DNA of 64,000 bases from Dehalococcoidia bacterium (GTDB lineage: Bacteria > Chloroflexota > Dehalococcoidia > Lucifugimonadales > CAUZJF01): contig CBDEFX010000002.1 of assembly GCA_965237635.1 (NCBI GenBank), positions 978,554 to 1,042,553 on the forward strand, written 5' to 3'. Positions 7,842 to 17,531 of this stretch are shown piece by piece; the first letter of the stretch is position 1; the number at the start of each line of letters is the position of its first letter. The notes below the pieces were generated by a model. It saw nothing but the letters and a program-made list of their open reading frames with translations. It was not told the origin of the DNA and did not search any database. The translations under genes and the position numbers were made by a program.

Positions 7842-9505
7842 CAGAAAGCGCCCGCGCCCCTGTAGCGAAACCTTTCGATAGCAACGAATCCCAGGGCGAC
7901 TACGACCATGAGCAGGCTGCTCATTGCCAGCGCTTTGCCCAGGTTCGCGGCGCCGGGCAGGCCGAGGAATCGGAAGATCGCGACCGGCATAGTCGTGAAC
8001 TCGGGCCGCACGAGCAGCAAAGAGGCCCCGAACTCGCCCATCGAGACAGCGAAGGCGAATGTGGCTCCGACCAGAAGCGCCGGGGCGATGATCGGCAGAT
8101 CGACAAACAAAAAAACCCGTGCCGGAGAGGCGCCCAGGACCCTGGCCGCCTCTCTGAGGTTCGGGTTCATGCCTCGCAGCACCGGCAGAAGGCTCCTGAT
8201 GACGAAGGGATACGCTATCAACGAGTAAGCGATGACCAGGATTAGCCACGAGCCTCGAAGGTCCAGCGGCGGGCGGTTCAGCGTTATCAGATAGCCGAAT
8301 CCCAGGGTCACCGCGGAGACGCCTAGCGGCAGCATGAAGAGGGCGTCGGCAACGCTCGTCCCGCGTCGGCCTGGCCGCGAGAGGAAGTATGCGACGGTCC
8401 CCCCAAGGACCAGGGAGATGGCAACAGTCGCCAATGCGAACCTGACCGAGTTCCACATGACGGTCACCGGCGAGAGGTAGAAGTAGGAACCCCGTTCGTC
8501 GGAGAACAGGTTGGCGACGTGGGCAGGAGTGTAGCCGTCGGCTGCCGAGACCGCCCGAACTACCAGCGCGATGAGCGGCGACAGAACGACAAGCAGGTAC
8601 AAGAGCATGGCGAATATGAACACCCTGTCGCCGACCCGCAGCTTGCGGCGAACGGTGGCCGTTCGGGCCGTCAGATTCATGGGAGCCGCGCTGGACTCCT
8701 GAAGCCTCGTGTACAGCAGCAGAAAGACGTACGTGAAGACGAGCTGGATGACCGCCAGAGCGCCCGCGAGCGGCAGCCGGAACAGCTTGGCCGTGAGCTC
8801 GTATATGGCGACCTCGAGCGTGGCGAGCTGCGCTCCGCCCAGGATGAGCACGACGCCGAAGCTGGTGAACGAGAAGGCGAACGCCAGCAGCGCGGAGGAC
8901 GCGATCGCGGGCAGCAGCAGGGGCAAAGTCACATGGTAGAAGGTCTGGACTCGTCCGGCGCCCAACACCTTGGCCGCCTCCTCAATAGAGGGGTCGAGAT
9001 TCGCCCACAGCGCCGAGACGATGCGTACCACGATGGCGTAGTTGTAGAAGGCGTGGGCCATGAAGATGATCGTCAGCGTGTTGGTGATCTTGATCGGGGG
9101 CTCACTGAGGTCGAAGGTGTCCATCAGGACGGAGTTCACGACGCCCTGTGATCCGAAGAGGGCCACGAACCCCATGGCCACGACGATCGTAGGCATCACG
9201 AAGGGGACCGTGGTCACGGCCTTCAGAAGGCCTTTGCCCGGGAACTCGTACTTGGCGAAGAGGTAGGCTACAGGCAGTCCGAGCGCCACAGAAAGAAGCG
9301 TTGAGACGAGGGCCTGCCAGGTGGTGAACCAGATACGGCCTAGGTAGTACGAGTCTCCCAATATGGAGCCGAACGGTCCGAGGTCGAGCCCCCCTTCACC
9401 GACGAGGCTTCGGCCAAGGATCGCTACGAGCGGGTACAGGAAGAAGAGGCCCAGATATCCAAGCGGCACGACCAACAGAAAGCGACCAAGCCTCAGCCGG
9501 CTCAT
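7841..9505 (-). CDS. thiP: Thiamine ABC transporter permease (ThiP-like, two permease domains)
   Basis: Two EAA loops (IEEAAKVLGA, LREAARVLGA); start at MSRLRLGRF (9505); between thiB and the ATPase. Confidence 0.88.
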   Translation of the reverse strand: MSRLRLGRFLLVVPLGYLGLFFLYPLVAILGRSLVGEGGLDLGPFGSILGDSYYLGRIWFTTWQALVSTLLSVALGLPVAYLFAKYEFPGKGLLKAVTTVPFVMPTIVVAMGFVALFGSQGVVNSVLMDTFDLSEPPIKITNTLTIIFMAHAFYNYAIVVRIVSALWANLDPSIEEAAKVLGAGRVQTFYHVTLPLLLPAIASSALLAFAFSFTSFGVVLILGGAQLATLEVAIYELTAKLFRLPLAGALAVIQLVFTYVFLLLYTRLQESSAAPMNLTARTATVRRKLRVGDRVFIFAMLLYLLVVLSPLIALVVRAVSAADGYTPAHVANLFSDERGSYFYLSPVTVMWNSVRFALATVAISLVLGGTVAYFLSRPGRRGTSVADALFMLPLGVSAVTLGFGYLITLNRPPLDLRGSWLILVIAYSLIAYPFVIRSLLPVLRGMNPNLREAARVLGASPARVFLFVDLPIIAPALLVGATFAFAVSMGEFGASLLLVRPEFTTMPVAIFRFLGLPGAANLGKALAMSSLLMVVVALGFVAIERFRYRGAGAF

Positions 9506-9510
9506 TCCGG

Positions 9511-10605
9511 TCAGCGGAGCACGACCTTCGTCCAGGCGTCTATCCACTCCTCCCGCTTCTCGTCGATGGTGGCGGGGTCGATGTCCGCCGGCAGGGTCGG
9601 CACCTGGGCGAAGCTGAAGAAGTCCGGGGTCTGGGCCTGGCTGTTGACCGGGTAGACGAACATCTTGCCCGGGATGTCCTCCTGGAAGCGCCTGTCCAGA
9701 GCGTAGTCGACGAAGCGCTGAGCGAGGTCCAAGACCTTGGTGCCTCTGAGGATGCCGATCCCTTCGATCTGAAGGAAAGTGCCCCGGTCGACCAGCAGGT
9801 TGCCCGTCGGAGGATCCGTGTATTTGCCCTCCGAAAAGAAGACCTCGGCGGCCGGGCTGGTGGCGTAGCTCACGACTAGCGGTCGGTCGCCACCGTACTT
9901 GGTAAAATCGGTGTAGTAGGCGTTGCTCCAGCCGTCCTTCACCACCACGTCGTTGGCCCGCAGGTCCGCCCAGAAGTCGAGGTAGTCGTAGTCGTCGTCT
10001 TCCCCGAAGTACGAGACCGTGGCGATTAGAAAGGCGAGGCCGGGCGACGATGTCGGCGGGCTCTGCACCACAAGCTTGCCCTTCCACTTTGGCTGGGTCA
10101 GTTCCTCCAACGTGGTGGGTGTCGTCAGGTTGTTCTCCGCCAGGTACTCCTTGTCGTAGTTGATGTTGACGTAGCCATAGTCCACGGGGTTCACGTGAAA
10201 GGTATCGTCCAGGATGAACTGCTCCTGTACGTTGGCCACCAGCGGTGACTCGTACACGACGAATATCTCTTCCCTCAGCGCCCTGGTCAGGTAGGTGTTG
10301 TCCACGCCGTAGAGCAGGTCTGCGGACGGGTTTCCCTTTTCAAGGATGGCGCGGTTCAGGACCTCCCCAGCGTCGCCGCCCTTGAGAATAACGACCTTGG
10401 CGTTGTTGGCCTGCTCGAACTCCCGGATCACCTCGTCGCCGATATCGAAGCTGTCGTGGCTCAGCACCTTCAGCTCACGTGGCTCGGACGGCGTGGGCGT
10501 CGCGGCCGGAGGCACGGCGGTTGAGGCCGTGTCCTCCTCGCCGCAGGCCATCGCCAGCAAGACGAGCACCGTCGCTACGGTCGTCATCGCTCGAAGCTTA
10601 ATCAT
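9511..10605 (-). CDS. thiB: Thiamine ABC transporter substrate-binding lipoprotein
   Basis: Lipobox AMAC; LKVLSHDSF, GDAGEVLNRAIL, DLLYGVDN, VVSYATSP; downstream of a TPP riboswitch. Confidence 0.93.
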   Translation of the reverse strand: MIKLRAMTTVATVLVLLAMACGEEDTASTAVPPAATPTPSEPRELKVLSHDSFDIGDEVIREFEQANNAKVVILKGGDAGEVLNRAILEKGNPSADLLYGVDNTYLTRALREEIFVVYESPLVANVQEQFILDDTFHVNPVDYGYVNINYDKEYLAENNLTTPTTLEELTQPKWKGKLVVQSPPTSSPGLAFLIATVSYFGEDDDYDYLDFWADLRANDVVVKDGWSNAYYTDFTKYGGDRPLVVSYATSPAAEVFFSEGKYTDPPTGNLLVDRGTFLQIEGIGILRGTKVLDLAQRFVDYALDRRFQEDIPGKMFVYPVNSQAQTPDFFSFAQVPTLPADIDPATIDEKREEWIDAWTKVVLR

Positions 10606-10643
10606 GACCTTGACCTCACCCCGGACTCGAATCCCGCAAACAC

Positions 10644-10673
10644 CAAAAAGGCCTTCCCTGATCCGGGAGGCCT
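10644..10673 (-). terminator. Intrinsic terminator in the riboswitch expression platform
   Basis: Minus strand GGCCTCCCGGATCAGGGAAGGCC followed by TTTTT, between aptamer and thiB start. Confidence 0.75.
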
Positions 10674-10689
10674 AATCTATACAGACGTT

Positions 10690-10790
10690 ACCTCATCCCT
10701 ACGCTGGCATTACCCAGATCAGGTCACGGGGTCGTCCCAACACGTTGGGACCTCTCAGCCTGGCTTCCCAAGCTCCCCCCGGGTATGTAT
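10690..10790 (-). ncRNA. TPP riboswitch
   Basis: Minus strand GGGGAGC..GGCTGAGAGG..GACCC..GACCTGATCTGGGTAATGCCAGCGTAGGGA matches the TPP aptamer core; upstream of thiamine ABC genes. Confidence 0.95.
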
Positions 10791-10877
10791 TCTCTTAGCA
10801 GGGAGTCTAGCGCAGGCAGGCCTTCGTGTCAATAGATCGCGGCGGCACAGAGGCGTTTCAAGGCCGATACGGACGTC

Positions 10878-10962
10878 CTTCGACACGCTCAGAGCCTGTG
10901 CTGAGCCTGCCGAAGCGACGAACGGATTTGTGAAGATTACCGTTCGTGGTGAGCTTGTCGAA
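10878..10962. repeat. CTTCGACA(A/C)GCTCAG...TGAGCTTGTCGAA inverted-repeat cassette
   Basis: Inverted arms around a short spacer; related motifs at 32133-32165 and 35095-35130. Confidence 0.6.
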
Positions 10963-11017
10963 TCACGTGTCAGCAGAGCGAGATATCGAAGGCTTACGAA
11001 AAGGTAAGGATGGGAAA

Positions 11018-11938
11018 ATGACTCATCAGCGAATCGGGTACGTTGGACTCGGGCAGATGGGCGCGCCAATGGCTGCCCGCCTCCTCGATAGCGGCTATAA
11101 ACTGGAGGTCTACGATCTGAGCCTAGAAGCGGTCGGCGCGCTTGTAGGAAAGGGCGCGTCTGCCGCAGAGTCCTGTAAGCAGCTAGCCGAGCGCTGTGAT
11201 GTCATCATCTCCTCCCTCCCGACCCCTGAGAGCGTCGAGCGGGCTGCGCTGGGCTCGAATGGCGTCGTGGAGGGCCTCAGTGAGGACAAGACGTTCATAG
11301 AGATGAGTACGGTAGACCCGGACACCACGCGCAGAGTGGGTACCGCGGTCGCCGCCAAGGGAGCGCACATGCTCGACGTACCCGTCGGCAAAGGGCCCGC
11401 AGCGGCTGCAGCTGGCGACCTGACCCTCATGATCGGGGGCGACGAGCGGGTTGTCGAGAGCTGCAAAGACGTACTCGATATTCTCGGGTCGGAGCAGTTC
11501 TACTGCGGGCCACTCGGGATGGGAGTGACTACCAAGCTAGTCAACAACCTCGTCTCTTGCTCAATATCTGCTCTTTTGGGCGAGGCTTTCACCCTCGGAG
11601 CCGCAGCAGGTCTGGAGGCCGGCCTTCTGCGCCAGGTGTTGATCAACACTGCGGCGGATACATGGCATGCGAGGAACACCTTCAAGGACCGTGTACTTGT
11701 TCGTAACTTCGAGGCGCGTTTCAAGCTCTCCCTGGCACACAAGGATCTTGGGGTCGCTGGACGGCTGGCCGACTCCCTAGGGTCCCCCAACACTATCGGG
11801 CAGGCCGCCCATGAGGTCCATACGCTGGCCATGCAAATGGGCCTGGGCGACGAAGACCAGAGCGCCACGGTGAAGGTCGCCGAGGAAGTGGCAGGGGTCG
11901 AGGTCAGGGCTTCCTCGTCGCGTGGGCGGGGCGAGTAG
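11018..11938 (+). CDS. NAD(P)-dependent oxidoreductase, 3-hydroxyisobutyrate/tartronate-semialdehyde dehydrogenase family
   Basis: IGYVGLGQMG, FIEMSTV, LDVPVGKG, LTLMIGG, KLVNN. Confidence 0.92.
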   Translation: MTHQRIGYVGLGQMGAPMAARLLDSGYKLEVYDLSLEAVGALVGKGASAAESCKQLAERCDVIISSLPTPESVERAALGSNGVVEGLSEDKTFIEMSTVDPDTTRRVGTAVAAKGAHMLDVPVGKGPAAAAAGDLTLMIGGDERVVESCKDVLDILGSEQFYCGPLGMGVTTKLVNNLVSCSISALLGEAFTLGAAAGLEAGLLRQVLINTAADTWHARNTFKDRVLVRNFEARFKLSLAHKDLGVAGRLADSLGSPNTIGQAAHEVHTLAMQMGLGDEDQSATVKVAEEVAGVEVRASSSRGRGE

Positions 11939-11951
11939 GAGGGCTGGCTGG

Positions 11952-12791
11952 TCAGCTCGTCAGGGCGCCGAAGGGCTGGTGCCTGCCGGGGTGCAAGTAG
12001 TGGGTCGCGATGAAGCTCAGCGGCTTGCGGGCCGACGTAAAGTGCTGGCGGAGGAGGCCAAAGACATCCGATAGATCGAGTGCTTGGGCTGTTGGGTGCT
12101 GCTGCGCGAGGCCGTAGAACCTCCGTCCCTCCGTCTCGTAGTCCTCCAGGCTGCGTTGTAATCGGCCGATCGTCCGCGGAACCGGCTGCCCGGAAGCCGG
12201 GAATCGGGACTCATAGGTAGCATGCTTTGGGAAGACTCCGGACACGAAGAGGCACACGTCTGCGATGCGTTTATAGAAACTGAGCCGGTCTCTCTCGTCG
12301 GCAGAAGCGCACAACCGCAGCAGGCTGTCGATATCCATGTCGTTGTGTCGCACCCGCCTGCGGACGCCTCGTCGGACCCGTACCGATGCCACATAGCTGT
12401 GGACCTTCGTGAAGGACGCGAGCATCTGGGCCAGGTACTCCAGCAGCTTGGGGCCGCTTAGCAGGTCGACTAAGTCTCTGACGTCAAAGACTGGGATACT
12501 CTGACTACCCGACCGCTCCGTCGTGTGGGTGGCCGTCACCAGCTCCTTGAGGGCGCGTCGAAGAAGGACCTCAAAGTAGAGGGATGGCGAGATCCTCAGG
12601 AAGACCTCTTCATCGTTCATGACCCCTTCGAAGACCTTCTCGTCTCCTACCAAGGCCTTGCGGAACTCCTCGTCCTCCCTTATGAGCCGTTTTAGGCGCT
12701 CCGTGTCCGTCGCGCCGGGAGCGGCCTCGTTGATCACGAAATCTAGATCGGCTTCTGTGTAGTCCGGTGTTCCCAAGGCGGGCGGTCTCAT
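11952..12791 (-). CDS. Hypothetical helical protein
   Basis: 279-aa ORF with natural composition (LYFEVLLRR, YKRIADVCLFVSGVFP, YETEGRRFY), divergent from lhr. Confidence 0.75.
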   Translation of the reverse strand: MRPPALGTPDYTEADLDFVINEAAPGATDTERLKRLIREDEEFRKALVGDEKVFEGVMNDEEVFLRISPSLYFEVLLRRALKELVTATHTTERSGSQSIPVFDVRDLVDLLSGPKLLEYLAQMLASFTKVHSYVASVRVRRGVRRRVRHNDMDIDSLLRLCASADERDRLSFYKRIADVCLFVSGVFPKHATYESRFPASGQPVPRTIGRLQRSLEDYETEGRRFYGLAQQHPTAQALDLSDVFGLLRQHFTSARKPLSFIATHYLHPGRHQPFGALTS

Positions 12792-12947
12792 GTTTGTGCT
12801 CTTTCCCTAACTTCGGCTTACATATTGTTTAACGTTATTGTACCCCTGTGAGTTGCATATGTTCACAATGTAGCCGGGAAACGTCCGTTCTGATATGATA
12901 CTGCGTGCGGACACGAAAAGCCTTATAATAGGGCAGCGCGCTCCCGC

Positions 12948-12973
12948 ATAGAGACGCCCCGCTGGGGCGTCTC
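12948..12973 (+). repeat. REP palindrome family B (GTAG-AGACGCCCC-GCT-GGGGCGTCT)
   Basis: Five copies: 12948 (ATAG variant), 31158 (-), 48561, 54621, 58048. Confidence 0.88.
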
Positions 12974-13020
12974 AACCTAACCGACGGCTGACTATTTCAT
13001 TTGTGACAGGTCTGGTCTCG

Positions 13021-16000
13021 ATGCCCCTTTCTCAGTTTCATCCGCTGGTGCAGGAATGGTTCCAAGGGCGGTTCGATGCGCCTACAGAGGCCCAGGCTCA
13101 AGGCTGGCCGGCGATCGCCGAGGGTCGCCACACCCTGATCGCGGCCCCCACCGGGTCAGGCAAGACCCTGGCCGCGTTCCTGACGTGCCTGGATAGCCTC
13201 GTACGTGCCGGACTGGACGGTGGTCTGCCTGAGCGGACCGAGGTCGTCTACGTATCTCCGCTCAAGGCCTTGTCAAACGACATCGAACGAAATCTCTCCG
13301 ACCCGCTGTCCGGTATCAACCGGTTGGCGGAGGCCGCCGGCGCGTCGCTTCCCGAGATCCGGGCTGCGGTGCGCACGGGCGACACCCCGGCCAGTCAGCG
13401 TCAGGCCATGGCGAAGCGGCCGCCTCACATACTGATCACGACGCCCGAGTCCCTGTATATCCTGCTGACCTCCGAGAGCGGCCGCCGGGGCCTGCAGGGC
13501 GTCCGCACCCTCATTCTGGACGAGCTGCACGCGGTCGCCGGCAACAAGCGCGGCTCGCACCTCAGCCTGTCCGTCGAAAGGCTCTGCGCTCTGGCCGATC
13601 AACGGGTGACGCGCATCGGCCTATCGGCCACCCAGCGCCCGATCGAAGAGGTCGCCCGGTTCCTGGTTGGAAACCGGTCGATAGGCGCGGACGGCGCCGC
13701 CGACTGCCTGGTCGTGGACACCGGCCACGTGCGTGAGATGGACCTCGCCCTGGAGCTTCCTGAGGACGAGCTTGGGCCCATAGCCACCCACGAGCAGTGG
13801 GCCAGGACTCTAGACCGAATGGCCGAGCTGGTCAAGGCGCATCGTACCACTCTGGTCTTCGTGAACACACGTAGGCTCGTGGAGCGCGTCGCCCACCAAA
13901 TGTCGCAGCGGCTGGGCGAGGACGCCGTTGTGGCGCACCACGGCAGCCTGTCGCAGAAGACGCGCCACGAGGCCGAGCAGCGCCTTAAAGAGGGTCTGGT
14001 CAGGCTTTGTGTGGCGACCTCGTCTCTAGAGCTTGGCATAGACATCGGCGCCGTGGACCTGGTCTGCCAGGTGGGCTCGCCACGGTCCATTGGGCTGATG
14101 CTCCAGCGGGTCGGCCGCTCGGGCCATTCGCTGACGCGTACGCCCAAAGGCCGTCTGTTCCCATTTACACGCGACGAGTTGATCGAGTGCATGGCGATGA
14201 TCCGCGGGTTCAAGCGGGGCAACCTCGACCGGCTGGCGATACCGCCGTGGCCAGTCGACGTTCTCGCGCAGCAGATCGTCGCCGAGTGCGCTGCAAAAGA
14301 GTGGGACGAGGACGACCTTTACGACCTGTGTTTGCGCGCCTATCCGTACCGGGACCTTCCCCGGGAGCGCTACGACCAGGTCGTCGAGATGCTCGGCCGT
14401 GGGGTCGCCCCTCGTGTCGGACGGCGCTCAGCGTACATTCACCACGACGCCGTGAACCGCAGGCTGCGAGGCCGCCGGGGCGCCCGTCTGGCCGCGCTGA
14501 CCAGCGGCGGGGCTATCCCGGACAACGCCGATTACGATGTAGTGGCCGAGCCGGAGAACACCTTCGTCGGCACGGTGAACGAGGACTTCGCCATCGAGAG
14601 CATGCGTGGCGACGTGTTCCTGCTCGGTAACACACCCTGGCGCATCCTGCGCGTCGAGAGCGGCCGCGTGCGAGTCGAGGACGCCCAGGGATCAGCCCCG
14701 ACCATACCGTTCTGGCTCGGCGAGGCCCCCGGACGCACGAACGAGCTCTCCGACGAGGTGTCGGACCTGAGAGACGAGATCCACAAGCGTATGGACGGAG
14801 GCGACGGCGCCAAGTGGCTTGTCGATGACGTGGGGTTCTCCGCCGAGGCAGCAGAGCAGGCCGTCGCCTATATCGAGGAAGGGGTCCGCATACTGGGCAC
14901 CGTGCCGACCAAGGGTCGTGTCGTGGCCGAGCGCTTTTTCGACGAGGCGGGCGGCATGCAGCTCATAATCCACTCCCCGTTCGGCTCGCACATAAACCGC
15001 GCCTGGGGAATGGCGCTCCGCAAGGATATCTGTCGGGCCTTCGACTTCGAGCTACAGGCGGCCGCCACCGAGGACGGCATCAACCTGTCCCTAGGGCCGT
15101 CGCTGTCGTTCCCCATTTCCGACACCTTCAAATACATCTCCGCTGAGAAGGCCGAGAAAGTGCTGACCCAGGCCATCCTTCAGGCCCCCATCTTCGGCGT
15201 CCGGTGGCGCTGGGACGCGTCTCGGGCCCTGGCGCTGCTGCGGTTCTCAGGTGGACGCAAAGTCCCGCCTCCTTTGCAGCGAATGCGGTCCGACGACCTG
15301 CTCGCGGCTGTGTTCCCCGAGCAGGTCGCCTGCCAGGACAACGCCCCTCCCGGCGATATTGAGGTCCCGGACCACCCGCTGGTCTTCGAGACCATGCGCG
15401 ACTGCCTTACCGAGGCGATGGACGTGGAAGGGTTGGCGAGCGTTCTCGAGGGGATAGAGAAGGGCGAGATCGAGGTATTCGCGCGCGACACGACCCAGCC
15501 CTCGGTGTTCAGCCACCAGATCCTCAACGCGATGCCCTATGCCTTTCTGGACGACGCTCCTCTGGAGGAGCGCCGCTCAAGGGCGGTCGCGTTGCGCCGT
15601 GCTTTACCCGAAGACGCCAGCGATCTGTCCGCGCTCGACGTGACGGCGATCGAGAACGCGGCGCGTGACGCCTGGCCGCTGGTGCGGGACGCCGATGAGC
15701 TCCACGATGCCCTGCTGACCCTGGGGATGCTCCCTGAGCAGGATGTCGCTCGGGCCGGGACAGTCGAGGCCGGGCGCTTTCCCGCCTGGTTCGAGTCCCT
15801 CGCCAAAGACGGGCGTGCCGTGCGGGCGGAGTACGGCGACGGCCGCGTTGCGTGGGTGGCGACGGAATCCGTTCCTATGGTGCTCGCAGCGTTTCCCGAC
15901 GCGCGCTTTGATCGCATGCCTCAGACTCTATCTGACGAGGGCGAGGCCCCGACTCAAGACGACGCCGAGGTTGCGCTTGTCCGCGGGCGGGTGGAGTGCA

Positions 16001-17472
16001 TGGGCCCGTTCACGCCGTCCGATCTGGCCGAGGCCATAGGCATGAGGCAGGCGGCCGTCGACATCGCACTCGCATATCTCGAAGGCGTCGGGAACGTCTT
16101 GCGTGGGCGCTTCACACCGGGAGAAGACCGGGAGGAGTTCTGTGACCGGCGGATCCTGGCGAGGATTCACAGGGACACCATCGGGCGGCTGCGAAAAGAG
16201 ATAGAGCCGGTACCAGCCGCCACCTTCATCCGGTTCCTGTTCCGCTGGCAGCATGTGGCGCCTGCGGGCCAGGCGCAGGCCGAAAGTGGCCTGCTCGAAG
16301 TCATCGAGCAGCTACAGGGGTTCGAGGCGGCGTCCGGCGCCTGGGAGTCCGAAATACTGCCCGCCCGAGTCGCTGGGTACAAGCCACCGATGCTCGATGA
16401 CGTTTGTCTGGCCGGGGAGGTGGTGTGGGGACGGTTCAGCCGCCGCCCGACCAACGGCGACACTCCCGTAAGCCGGGCCACATTTACCCGCACTGTGCCA
16501 ATCTCGTTGGGGCTCCGCGAGGCCTTGCTCTGGCTGCTGGAGGCGCTTGAATCACGCCAGCACGAGCCGCTGAGCGCGTCGGGCGAGGTCCTCGAATTCC
16601 TGTCACGCCATGGCGCATCGTTCCTGCCGGACATCGCGTCGGGGACCCGTCGCCTTACGTCCGACGTGCAGAGCACCCTGTGGCAGCTCGCCGCCGCCGG
16701 GCTGGTAACGTCGGACGGCTTCGGCGCCCTGCGTGGACTGGTGGATGGGACCACAAGGAGGGCGGAGCGATCGTCGCGCTACCGCAGGAGTCCCAGGAGG
16801 CGGCGGCCGACCAGCCGGTGGTCGCTGCTTGAGGCGAACACTGCGCACTCATGGGACCGTGAAGACGGCCACGGGCCACACAACGGGGCCGGCAACGGCA
16901 AGCCGAACGGGTCTGGTCGGGCCCTCGAAAAACCGACGAACGGCGATTCCCATGGCGTTCTAGTCGAAGGTCCCGGTGCCGAGGACCCGATCGAGGCCCG
17001 AGCCGTCCAGATACTGCACCGGTACGGCGTCGTCTTCCCCGAGCTCCTGGCCCGGGAGCCGACGGCCCCGCGCTGGCGCGACCTCCTCAAGGTCTACCGC
17101 CGCGCGGAGGCTAGAGGCGAGATCCGGGGTGGGCGCTTCGTAGCGCGTTTCGTGGGCGAGCAGTTCGCCTTGCCGGAGGCGGTTCAGACACTACGAGCCG
17201 TCCGCAAAGCTGAGCCGGACTCACGGCCGGTAGTCGTCTCGGCCTGTGACCCTCTCAACGTGACCGGGATCCTGACCTCCGGCCCGCGGGTACCCGCCAT
17301 GCTGGGTAACCGGGTCGTGTTCCGGGATGGCCTGCCGCTCGCTTCTTTTCAAGGCGGCGAGCTCCATTTCGAGACCGACGTCGACGAAGCTACCCGGTCC
17401 GACGTCGCCCGGCTGCTCGGCCCTCGCAGAGCCGCGGCCCGCTCAGCCGGGGCTGCCAGTCTCGACCGCTAG
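13021..17472 (+). CDS. lhr: Lhr-family DEAD/DEAH helicase (long form)
   Basis: APTGSGKT, YVSPLKAL, LDELH, GLSAT, HHGSL, LQRVGRSGH; C-terminal RGGRFV winged-helix region. Confidence 0.95.
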   Translation: MPLSQFHPLVQEWFQGRFDAPTEAQAQGWPAIAEGRHTLIAAPTGSGKTLAAFLTCLDSLVRAGLDGGLPERTEVVYVSPLKALSNDIERNLSDPLSGINRLAEAAGASLPEIRAAVRTGDTPASQRQAMAKRPPHILITTPESLYILLTSESGRRGLQGVRTLILDELHAVAGNKRGSHLSLSVERLCALADQRVTRIGLSATQRPIEEVARFLVGNRSIGADGAADCLVVDTGHVREMDLALELPEDELGPIATHEQWARTLDRMAELVKAHRTTLVFVNTRRLVERVAHQMSQRLGEDAVVAHHGSLSQKTRHEAEQRLKEGLVRLCVATSSLELGIDIGAVDLVCQVGSPRSIGLMLQRVGRSGHSLTRTPKGRLFPFTRDELIECMAMIRGFKRGNLDRLAIPPWPVDVLAQQIVAECAAKEWDEDDLYDLCLRAYPYRDLPRERYDQVVEMLGRGVAPRVGRRSAYIHHDAVNRRLRGRRGARLAALTSGGAIPDNADYDVVAEPENTFVGTVNEDFAIESMRGDVFLLGNTPWRILRVESGRVRVEDAQGSAPTIPFWLGEAPGRTNELSDEVSDLRDEIHKRMDGGDGAKWLVDDVGFSAEAAEQAVAYIEEGVRILGTVPTKGRVVAERFFDEAGGMQLIIHSPFGSHINRAWGMALRKDICRAFDFELQAAATEDGINLSLGPSLSFPISDTFKYISAEKAEKVLTQAILQAPIFGVRWRWDASRALALLRFSGGRKVPPPLQRMRSDDLLAAVFPEQVACQDNAPPGDIEVPDHPLVFETMRDCLTEAMDVEGLASVLEGIEKGEIEVFARDTTQPSVFSHQILNAMPYAFLDDAPLEERRSRAVALRRALPEDASDLSALDVTAIENAARDAWPLVRDADELHDALLTLGMLPEQDVARAGTVEAGRFPAWFESLAKDGRAVRAEYGDGRVAWVATESVPMVLAAFPDARFDRMPQTLSDEGEAPTQDDAEVALVRGRVECMGPFTPSDLAEAIGMRQAAVDIALAYLEGVGNVLRGRFTPGEDREEFCDRRILARIHRDTIGRLRKEIEPVPAATFIRFLFRWQHVAPAGQAQAESGLLEVIEQLQGFEAASGAWESEILPARVAGYKPPMLDDVCLAGEVVWGRFSRRPTNGDTPVSRATFTRTVPISLGLREALLWLLEALESRQHEPLSASGEVLEFLSRHGASFLPDIASGTRRLTSDVQSTLWQLAAAGLVTSDGFGALRGLVDGTTRRAERSSRYRRSPRRRRPTSRWSLLEANTAHSWDREDGHGPHNGAGNGKPNGSGRALEKPTNGDSHGVLVEGPGAEDPIEARAVQILHRYGVVFPELLAREPTAPRWRDLLKVYRRAEARGEIRGGRFVARFVGEQFALPEAVQTLRAVRKAEPDSRPVVVSACDPLNVTGILTSGPRVPAMLGNRVVFRDGLPLASFQGGELHFETDVDEATRSDVARLLGPRRAAARSAGAASLDR

Positions 17473-17531
17473 AGCCTTCAGGGGGGGCTTCGGGTCCAGG
17501 TGTTGCCGTCCGTGGACTGAAGGAGTTCAAC

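Noticed and set aside
6771-10087. Long N-terminal extensions on the ABC ATPase and permease ORFs, and on 22976-24445, 22629-23711, 43839-45302
   Set aside because: The extensions overlap neighbouring real genes in other frames and are low-information; starts were moved to the recognisable domain starts.
12850-12870. LexA box upstream of lhr
   Set aside because: Best match GAAC-ATAT-GCAA has a poor second half-site.
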